Shown here in pieces: positions 54,116 through 64,000 of a stretch of 64,000 nt of DNA. How positions within the stretch are numbered: the stretch's first letter is position 1; each line of letters opens with the position of its first letter. The position numbers were made by a program, and so were the translations under genes. The stretch comes from Octopus vulgaris (lineage: Eukaryota), in NCBI GenBank assembly GCA_951406725.2, contig OX597815.1, positions 165,602,001-165,666,000 on the forward strand. Reading direction: 5' to 3'. The notes beneath the pieces were generated by a model. It saw only the letters and a program-made list of their open reading frames with translations, was not told the origin of the DNA and searched no databases.

Positions 54116-54712
54116 CAATAAAGACCATATCTTTCAGCTACAACAACAACAGCAATATCAGCAACAAGAACCACAAAGTAGCAACAACAATAGTGACGTC
54201 AGCCACAGCAGTAGCAGCACCCGTAGCATCCGCAGCACCCGCAGCGTTATCAACAACAACAACGACAACAACAACAACAACAACAGCAGCAGCGCAACGG
54301 GACATTGATTATTTCATAATATTTCGGTTTTGATTTTCAAGTAAAATTTGACTGGCTTTTTTACTTCTTTTCTTTGCGTAATAATACTTTCCTTTTTTTT
54401 TTTTTTCATTTCGAAAAGAAAAAAGAAAAAAAGAATTTTTCTTGTACTTTGAAATCAATCTCGTCTGGTTCCAAGACATTCCACATTTCAAACGTAGTTT
54501 GTCTCAATAAAATGTGTTACAACTAGAAAACACATAAGTGACCGAGCAATGAACTTGTCTGTAATCTTGGAGGAAACGAAAATGTAAATATTAATTTAGC
54601 GGCTGGTTGATAGCAAAACATCCTTTCCCAGAAGCAATTACAGTTTCCAGTGTGTCAACATCGCTACGACTCTATTCGTACTACACACACACACACGCAC
54701 ATTCACACTCAA

Positions 54713-54761
<49 letters not shown>

Positions 54762-55365
54762 CATACACAAAATATTACTGTTTTGGAACTAAATTGTTAC
54801 TGCCGGTGAAAAATAGATTATTTATGCTATTAGATGCAGCAGAAGAGAATTTCTCAATTATAGCTGCAGGCTTATAATTCCTTGCTTCCAAAACTCAATG
54901 GAACTCATTGGAATGTTGAAAATGAAATGTCCCCCATTATTTATTTATTTATTTATTATTTATTATTTTTTATTTATTTTTTTTTCTGTTTTGCAGTTGG
55001 ACATTCATCGGACGATTTGGGATTCGTTTTATAACATTCCTTTATTATAAGTTCTCCATAGCCTGCAGTTTATGCCTTGAAATATTTGATGCGCGAGTAA
55101 CAAACATAACGGAACGGAATTAGTTTAGATCCGTCTTAACACACAATGCACACTCTAACAGTTACTTCCGCTTCCACAAATACATATACATTATATTTCG
55201 TGCATTCACACACGACTATAGGCAAAGGTAGATCTCTAAAACACGAATTAAATAGCTCATTTCTACGGCTTCTTGTTGCAGGCAACTGCATTCGTTCTTC
55301 CCCCATAAAGAAAGATCCACATAACGCAAATGTACACACACAGATGAAAGAAAACAACAAAAAAA

Positions 55366-55432
<67 letters not shown>

Positions 55433-55585
55433 ATTAGCACATGGTTTACACATTTATCCATATTTACACAAGAAAAGATGTATTTATGCTCATAACAATA
55501 TATAGGTATGTGTGCATATATTTATATATGAATATACATGCACATACACACACATAAGTATGTACGTACATAAAGATATACATAC

Positions 55586-55714
<129 letters not shown>

Positions 55715-55764
55715 TGTATTTATATATGTGTGTTGGTGTATATATATATATATATATATATACC

Positions 55765-55957
55765 AACAAAGTTCCTGCAAACCCTGGTTTTGGATAAAGG
55801 AAAATACTCGAGGATCAGTTAATTTTGATTTTATTCAATATGACATATTCCCCTCTCAGATTTTCTAACCCTTGCAAAAGAACATGGAAAATTGGGCCTC
55901 CAGCCATGCCTTTCGAGACGCCCTTAAAGTCAGGAACTTTTCAGCACCCTTTCGTAT
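55765..55957. mobile_element. Mariner-type MITE relic
   Basis: aaagttcctg / caggaacttttcagcaccctttcgta; the same TIR end occurs at 15654-15682. Confidence 0.5.
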
Positions 55958-55988
55958 ACATACATGCTAACACACACACACACTCACA

Positions 55989-56021
<33 letters not shown>

Positions 56022-56299
56022 ACACACATACATACACATACACACACATGCACATCAGGACCACCGTATTAATGCTTTATCACACTAGCTTAGTCACCTC
56101 ACTGTTGATACGAAAAAAAAAATAAAAGAAAGAAAAAATTTATTTGATTTCCGTGGATAATGAGTAAAATATTTTGCTTGGAATTTTATCCAATCAGAGA
56201 GAAGTTTAAACATCACGCTGCGATGTTCCCCAAATTCTTAAAATTCTTAATAGCGCCAGAAGCATTAAGGACATTTAAAGACAATTCCATACGTTTCCG

Positions 56300-56497
56300 T
56301 TTCTTCTACTTCTTCTTCTCTTCTTCTTCTTCTTCTTCTTCTTCTTCTTCTTCTTCTTCTTCTTCTTCTTCTTCTTCTTCTTCTTCTTCTTCTCTTCTTC
56401 TTCTCTTCTTCTTCTTCTTCTTCTTCTTCTTCTTCTTCTTCTTCTTCTTCTTCTTCTTCTTCTTCTTCTTCTTCTTCTTCTTCTTCTTCTTCTTCTT
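56300..56497. repeat. (CTT)n polypyrimidine microsatellite
   Basis: Directly visible. Confidence 0.95.
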
Positions 56498-56585
56498 TTC
56501 TTACTATTGACTAAATATTAAGGTCGATGTAATCGACTATCCTCTTCTCTGAACTTGCTGACCTCGTGTCAAATATTTGAAACCC

Positions 56586-56641
<56 letters not shown>

Positions 56642-57073
56642 GTTATTATTATTATTATCATCATTATTAAGGCTGCGTGGTGACAGAATAGTTCGCATGC
56701 CGGGCAAAATGCTTAGCAGTATTTCGGCCGTTTTTTTTTTGTTTTGAATTCAGATCCCGCCGAGGTCGGGTTTGCCATTTTCCTTTTGGGGTCGATAAAT
56801 TAAGTACCAGTGAAACAGACTTGCCCCCTATCCCAAAATCTCAGGGCTTGTGCCTTTATTAGAAAAGATTATTATTATTGTCATTATTTTAGTGGAATAT
56901 ATGGGGCAGAAATAGAAAGCTCTAATAGTGTCAAATGGAGACTTAAGTCCCATATCGTTTATTCGCATATACATATGTTCCCTCATTAAATCACGGCCAC
57001 ATACAAACACATCTACCTTTGAATGCATATGTATGTTTGTATGTGTGTGTGTGTGTATGAATGTATGTGCGTA

Positions 57074-57127
<54 letters not shown>

Positions 57128-57129
<2 letters not shown>

Positions 57130-58028
57130 CAGGAGTTGGACAAAATAATGGAAACACCTTTAAAATTTCACACAAATTTAATTTTATATGGGGTAGGATC
57201 GCCTTTGGTAGTAATTACACCATGAATTCTATGAGGTATGGACTCGTACAAAGTTTGAATTTTTTCTAAAGGAATTTTTGTCTATTCTTCAGCTAAAACA
57301 GTCTCCAGTTCTTGTGATGATGGTGGAGGATATCGACTCCTTTCTTGTTTTTCTAAAATGCACCATAAATGATCAATAATATTTAGATCTTGGGACTGTG
57401 GTGGCCAGATAAGATGTTCAACTTCACTAGAATGTTCCTCGCGCCATTCAGTAACAACTTTAGCTGTGTGAATTAGTGCATTAACATCCTGAAAGATTGT
57501 GTTTCCCTCGGGAAACAGTTCCGCAACCCTAGGATGAATTTGATCAGATAAAATGCTTAAATAGTCTTGACTATTAATTCTGTTATGAAGGAAAACCATT
57601 GGGCCGGCGGATTTCCAAAATATAGCCCCTCCCCCCAAAATCATCACAGATCCCCCTCCATGTTTAACAGTTGGAAGAAGGCAGTCTAGATCAGATGCTT
57701 CTTTTGGCTGTCTCCACACGTATACTCGGCTGGTTGTCGGAAATAAGGTAAAGGGTGACTCATCCAAGAAAATAACATTCTTCCACTTCTCTAGGGACCA
57801 CTTGTATAGGTTTTTACTCCACTCTAAACGCTTTGCAACGTTTGTTTTTTAAAGTAGTGGTTTTCTGATTGCAGCCCTCCTGTGATATCCGGCTTTGTGT
57901 AGCTCCCGGCGAGCAGTTTTGTGGAGACTGGGTTCTCGAGGTGGTCATTAAACTCTGCAGTAATTTTGGGATCTGTACTTTCGTGATCCTTTCTAACAAT
58001 TCGCATAAGAGTCCGACGGTCTCTGATT
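57128..58028 (-). mobile_element. Tc1-like transposon relic with DD36E-type spacing
   Basis: DESPF, PTVKHGGGSVM, FQDVNA...WPPQSQDLNIIDHLW; TIR TA|caggagttggacaaaataatggaaacacc; other end lost. Confidence 0.85.
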
Positions 58029-58990
58029 TATAATGCATGTAGAAACTATGCTTTTGTTTTTCCATCTGGTCTATCCTAGAAAAGATTTTTCTTAGTTCGC
58101 TACTGATGCTTTCTTATGGTCTTTCGACTCTGTCGCCCCAATGAAATTTCTTGCACGCTCTCATACATGCACGCACGCACACAGTGAGAGAGATGTACAT
58201 ATGCAGAAAGTGAAGGAAAGTGTGGTAAATGTTTATAGAGAGGGGGAAAAAGTTTACAATGATTAAAGCATAAATATATATATAGAGAGAAATAGAGAGA
58301 ACTTTTCTGTTGCCGTCATAGATTTTGAAATTTTGAAATTAAGTGATGATTTTCAAGTTCGATATATTCATATATTTTTTCTCGCTGAATCCAATTTTGA
58401 GACTCATTTATTTCAGAAAAATTTAAGCAAAATGTTACTGAGGTTTGAAGTTAGATAATTTTTACTCAATCAGAAAATAGGATTTGGAATGTAGCATTTT
58501 TCTGCGTGATAACTGTCCAATGAAAATAAATGTTACAACGATGAAGTTGAAAACAAAATGAAAGCAATTATCTCATATCAAGACAGAGACGGGTAACAGC
58601 ATGCGTGAGAGATATACATATACAGAGAGAAAGTGAGTAAGTGTAGGGTAAATATCTAGAGAGGGAAAGGTATAAAAGAGAGAGCCTAGTGGAGAAAGAA
58701 AGAGAGTGGTAGATTTGTTGATCTAAATTTTTTTGTTATTTCTTTTAGAAAATTCTATTTTTGATTAATTATAACTGAATACCTTGTTAAGACACGAATT
58801 TCGAAAATCGAATTCGTTTTTCTCGATGACGCACCGTTTTGGGACCTTTCCATGACATATTCACATAAATACATACATGCATTCATACATACGCACATAC
58901 ATACATACATACATACATACATACATACATACATACATACATACATACATACATACATACATACATACACTCTCATTTATATAGTAGGTG

Positions 58991-59614
58991 TCTTATATAT
59001 AAATGGCAATTTCTGTCTGTTACCATCTTACTGATTAAACCAGCAAACTAATCTTCACGAAACGTTTCATACATGTTAATCTAGCATCCAGTTCAATTAT
59101 AGGCTAATTGGATTTCAATAAAAATTGCTAATGGGCCTTCCTACAGGGTTGCGCTATTATACGATAAAATGAGAATGGTGCAAAAGTGTTAGGATGAGGG
59201 AAATGTGATAGCATAAGAAGGGTGACTGATATCAGGGAAGGGGAGGAGACAGAGAAACAGGGAATGTGAGAGACAGAGACAAGGACAGAGCAGGAGAGAG
59301 AAATGTTTACTGAATTTTTACTTGCCAGTTAACGCATACGCTTTAGTGAATTAACTATTGTATGCTCAGTCAAAAACTGTTATAATATCTGCATCAACAG
59401 ATGTAAAACTAAGAAATGAAAGGTAAAGTGTTTTTATATTTCTTTTCAAATCACCGTATTAAGATTTATTATAACTTTACCAGCATACTGAAACAATAAA
59501 GCAATAAATAATGTATTTCCTTTTCATCCATAGAATAGCCCGTTGTTGTCGGGTAATTTTTACAATAGAATGTCTTATATCAATTTTTGTTTATTCCATG
59601 GGTAATTCAGCTAG
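58991..59614 (+). mobile_element. Probable non-autonomous Helitron
   Basis: 5' TCttatatataaa...ctgtctgt; cccg/cggg hairpin near 59540; 3' end gggtaattcagCTAG|t. Confidence 0.5.
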
Positions 59615-59636
59615 TACACACATACACACGCACACA

Positions 59637-59681
<45 letters not shown>

Positions 59682-60108
59682 AGACACACATCATTAATCG
59701 TTTATCTTTTACTTCTCAGTGTTTGCATTGCAGCGATGCTGGGGCACCGCCTTGAAGGGTTTAGTTGAGCATTATCTATTTTGAAACCTGGTACTTATTC
59801 CATCAGTCTCTTTTGCCGAAGAAATAAATAATTTTTTCGTAAATTGACCAACACCGGCTATCAAATGATGATGATGTCAAACACAAACACAAAAACACAT
59901 ACATACACATACACACACACTCACCCATACACACGCATATATTTCCAACGGACTTCTTCCAGTTTTCGTCTGCCCAAATCACTCACTTGTCCAAAGAGGC
60001 ACACAGTGGGAATGAACCTAGGACCACATTGTTGGGAAGTAAACTAGGGAAGTAGATCAATGAATGAAATGAAACACGCAAAAGATAAACCATAACATAT
60101 GTTATTAT

Positions 60109-60343
60109 GAAGGCGGCGAGCTGGCAGAAACGTTAGCACGCCGGGCGAAATGCTTTGCGGTATTTCGTCCGCCGCTGCGTTCTGAGTTCAAATTCCGCCG
60201 AGGTCGACTTTGCCTTTTATCCTTTCGGGGTCGATAAATTAAGTACCAGTTAAGCACTGGGGTCGATGTAATCGACTTAATCCGTTTGTCTGTCCTTGTT
60301 TGTCCCCTCTGTGTTTAGCCCCTTGTGGGTAGTAAAGAAATAG
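60109..60343 (+). mobile_element. Full-length tail-A SINE
   Basis: 17-bp TSD ataacatatgtta(t/a)tat. Confidence 0.9.
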
Positions 60344-60949
60344 ATAACATATGTTAATATCCTGTATGTCTCTATTTCTAATGCAACCCCCAACTCCAAG
60401 CGACCTCTCGCACAACCTTCCCTCAGATCTCGTTTTCAGAAGCTCAAGTTGAAAACATTAGGATAGATGCTTAAATGGAGATTATTAAACAATTCTGATT
60501 GGTAAGAGTCGAGCAAGCCATAATTTCTTATCAAATAAATTGCATTTCTCTAAACATAGAAACTTATATACTCTGAATTAACGAAATGGCGTCATTTGCA
60601 AAAATAGAAAAATATTTGGTGATGCATTAAACTGAAAACGACAATACGGTACAACAAATATAGAAATCAAATTAGAACAGAAAATAAGGCAAGTTAGAAC
60701 AGACGGGTATATATTTGAGACTGTAACAGAGCAGTCCGATCAGAGCGATTATATATCATAGTTAGGTGAGATAAAGTTCCCTTGCTCTCTTAGACATTTT
60801 TTTGAATGTGTTTAACCCGATAAAAGTCATATAGTTGATGAAAATATGAAAGGGTGACGGGGGAGGGTGTACTGCGGAACTATGTATTCTTTTGAGAGAA
60901 AGGTATGTGGGAGGGAAACGTCGAATAGGACAGAAGAGTAGTCTATATA

Positions 60950-61096
60950 TTCATTATTTACATTATTTACATTATTCACATTCGACGGATATTTGTCCTC
61001 ATCTTGTTTGTTGTTAACACAACATTTCGGCTGATAACCTTCAGGTGTCTTGGGGAAACTTCGAACCTGGGTTCTCATTCCTAAGGTATTTTTCGA

Positions 61097-61136
<40 letters not shown>

Positions 61137-61200
61137 CAGGTCACTGCTTAGAATCGAACTCGGAATCTTGGGGTTAGTAGCCCGCGCTCTTAACCACTAC
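60950..61200 (-). mobile_element. Stand-alone tRNA-head/hammerhead module, (AAC)n variant, ribozyme partly deleted
   Basis: Reverse complement matches 8890-9120. Confidence 0.85.
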
Positions 61201-61201
61201 T

Positions 61202-61276
61202 GGCATATGGCATAGTGGTTAAGAGCGCGGGCTACTAACCCCAAGATTCCGAATTCGATTCCAGGCAGTGACCCGG

Positions 61277-61339
<63 letters not shown>

Positions 61340-61526
61340 TCGAAAAATACCTTAGGAATGAGAACCCAGGTTCGAAATTTTCCCAAGACATTTGAAGAAG
61401 GCTGGAGGGTATATCAGCCGAAACGTTGTGTTAACAACAAACAAGATGGGGACAAATATCCGTCGAAGGTAATTAATGTAAATAATATAAATAATGTACA
61501 TAATTCCAAATCTCTTAAATATAGAA
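61202..61526 (+). mobile_element. Stand-alone tRNA-head/(AAT)n/hammerhead module
   Basis: Starts at ggcatatggcatagtgg (the tRNA head); core TTGAAGA...GAAAcgtt; abuts the opposite-strand copy. Confidence 0.88.
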
Positions 61527-61529
61527 TAA

Positions 61530-61918
61530 TCTCTTTACTCTTTTACTTGTTTCAGTCATTTGACTGCGGCCATGCTGGAGCACTGCCTTTAGTCGAGCGA
61601 ATCGATCCCAGGACTTATTCTTTGTAAGCCTAGCACTTATTCTATCAGTCTCTTTTGCCGAACTGCTAAGTTACGGGGTCACAAAACACACCAGCATCGG
61701 TTGTCAAGCGATGTTGAGGGAACAAACACACATACACAGACATATACACACATGCATATACGACAGGCTTCTATCAGTTTCCGTTTACCAAATCCACTCA
61801 CAAGGCTTTGGTCAGCCCGAAGTTAAAGTAGAAGTCACTTGCCCAAGATGCCACTCAGTGGGACTGAACCTGGAACCATGTGGTTGGTAAGCAAACTACT
61901 TACCATACAGCCACTCCT
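61530..61918 (-). mobile_element. CORE-SINE (OR2-like)
   Basis: Reverse complement matches 35367-35835. Confidence 0.85.
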
Positions 61919-62324
61919 GGCTATATATTTTTCTCCGTACCCCACAAAATCGTGATACAATTCAAGCAATTTCGGGGAAAGCGTAAGTCGATTACATCGA
62001 CCCCTGTGCTCAACTGCTACTTATTTTATCAACCCCGAAAGGATGAAAGGCAAAGTCGACTTCGGCGGAATTTGAACCCAGAACGCAAGCACGGACAATA
62101 TGCCACGAAGCATTTTACCCAGCGTGCTAACGATTCTGCCAGCTCATTGCCTTCTTGGTCCTAATATTCCGTTCTACTAAAAGCACAATGTCTGAAGTTT
62201 TGGGTGAGGGTACTAGTCGATTACATCGACCCCAGTGTTTCAATGGTATTTAATTTATCGATCCCAAATGGATGAGAGGCAATGTCGACCTCGGCTGCGT
62301 TTGAACTCAGAATGTTTGGAAGCA

Positions 62325-62700
62325 CACCGTCGGTTACGACGATGAGGGTTCCGGTTGATCCGAATCAACGGAACAGCCTGCTCGTGAAATTAACGTGTAA
62401 GTGGCTGAGCACTCCACAGACACGTGTACCCTTAACGTAGTTCTCGGGGATATTCAGCGTGACACAGAGAGTGACAAGGCCGGCCCTTTGAAATACAGGT
62501 ACAACAGAAAGAGGAAGTAAGAGTGAGAGAAAGTTGTGGTGAAAGAGTACAGCCGGGATCACCACCATCCCCTGCCGGAGCCTTGGGGAGCTTTAGGTGT
62601 TTTCGCTCAATAAACACTCAAAACGCCCGGTCTGGGAATCGAAACCGCGATCCTATGACCGCGAGTCCGCTGCCCTAACCACTGGGCCATTGCGCCTCCA
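62325..62700 (-). mobile_element. OR1-like SINE nested in an older SINE
   Basis: tggaggcgcaatggcccagtggttaggg head; TSD actcagaatgt. Confidence 0.85.
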
Positions 62701-63106
62701 CTCAGAATGTAAGGACGGACAAAATGGCACTAAGCATTTTGCCCGACGCGGTAATGATCCTGCCAGCTTACCGCCTTTCTTCGTTCTTTCTAATAATGAA
62801 AACATTGCTTTGCGTTGTTCAAAACCTATTTGCTTTGCGCCGAGCGTTTCGCTAAATACATGGTTATTTTGACTGGTATGGAGTGAGTGTTAGAGCACGT
62901 AAGACTAAAAGGACGAGAAGATATAGAAAGATGAGGATAAAAGGAGTTGGACATAAAGAATGAGAGATGGTTAGAAAAGGAAAAAACAAATACAGAAACT
63001 AGTAATGAGACAAAAGATGGGAGGGATTTAAAAAAAAAAAACAAGACGGAAAGTTAACTAGGTAAAGTAAAAGAAAAACGGAATGGAGAATGGAAAAGAG
63101 AGAGAA

Positions 63107-63260
63107 ATGATGATGACGACGATGATAATGATGATGGTGATGATGATGACGACGACGACGAAGATGACGACGACGATGATGACGATGACGACGACGACTA
63201 TGATGTTGATGACGAAGATGACGATGACAATGATGATGATGGTGGTGATGACAATGATGG

Positions 63261-63300
<40 letters not shown>
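63107..63300. repeat. (GAT/GAC)n microsatellite
   Basis: Directly visible. Many other (TA)n, (CA)n, (CATA)n, (ATCT)n and (AAT)n tracts occur, e.g. 2036-2215, 10540-10900, 27540-27900, 44084-44200, 46680-46985. Confidence 0.95.
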
Positions 63301-63302
<2 letters not shown>

Positions 63303-63659
63303 GAAGAAAAAGAAGAGGAGGTGAAGGAGAAGGATCAGGAGGAGAAAGAGGAAGAAGACACGAAAAAGGACAGAGAATATGTGAGAAAAGAGGGAAGTTG
63401 AACTTTGGCGGCAGAAAGGAAAGAAAGAAATAAGAATTGTTAACTGAAGAGACAAAAAAAAAAGAAGGTAAAGAAAAAGAAAAATACCAGACGTAGAGAT
63501 GGAGGAGGATGTGAGGGAGATTCAGATAATGGAAATACAAATACGAGAGGATGCAAACACATAAATAAATTTGTCTCGCCTGATTTTTAAAATTCTTTTC
63601 CAAGAATTAGTCATTAGATATGGATTACATTGTTCTCATTACTAAAAGTACACTTTTAT

Positions 63660-64000
63660 ACCCATCCATCTTACTTCTCCGCCCTCTAGCCCTGGGAGGG
63701 TCGTGGTAGTAGAGCCCCCAGTTACCTCCTCCATACATTCCTATCAGAAGCAACTGTAAGTCTTTCCAGCTGGACTTCCAAGCGCGACCAACGGAGATTA
63801 TGGATATTATCCAAAGATCTTTTTCTTGGTCAACACCACAGTCTCCTCCCAGTCTACTCGGTTTGAAGAACCTGTCTTACGATTCTTTCCTGCGACATTC
63901 TTATCACATGTCCGTAGTACCGGAGCTGTGTCCTCTCAAAGCAGAGAAATAGCTGCACAACCTGGAGAGACTCCCTGATCTCCGCGCTACGCACCCTGTT
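63660..64000 (-). mobile_element. RTE-clade LINE 3' end
   Basis: NRVRSAEIRESL...ERTQLRYYGHVIRM...GRR...PRKR...DRNVWRR...LLPRP; gatggatgg tail. Confidence 0.8.

Noticed and set aside
63083-63433. Met/Thr-rich ORF
   Set aside because: (GAT/GAC)n microsatellite plus a purine-rich low-complexity tract.

Overview
AT-rich, repeat-saturated animal genomic DNA. The repeat families suggest an octopus or other coleoid cephalopod (inferred from SINE recall, not from a search). I found no recognisable host protein-coding gene, so the window looks intergenic or intronic; most ORF-track hits are translated microsatellites. Contents: dozens of tRNA-derived SINEs; a Penelope-like element (RT + GIY-YIG, 6624-9148) with an inverted partial copy; R4/Dong-type, CR1, Tx1/L1-like and RTE LINE relics; DD37D, mariner and Tc1-like transposon relics; MITEs; probable Helitrons; an 18S rDNA fragment; a tRNA pseudogene; and a structured ~210-bp tandem array. 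The most interesting signal is the Penelope terminal repeat, a compact module of tRNA-like Pol III head, (AAT)n, minimal hammerhead ribozyme and 3' hairpin. It also occurs without any ORF, and all six copies sit in head-to-head pairs, suggesting a Penelope-mobilised, ribozyme-bearing SINE. Several unrelated minimal hammerheads and a SINE subfamily that repeatedly inserts into its own body are also visible. All coordinates were read by eye, and element ends are approximate.
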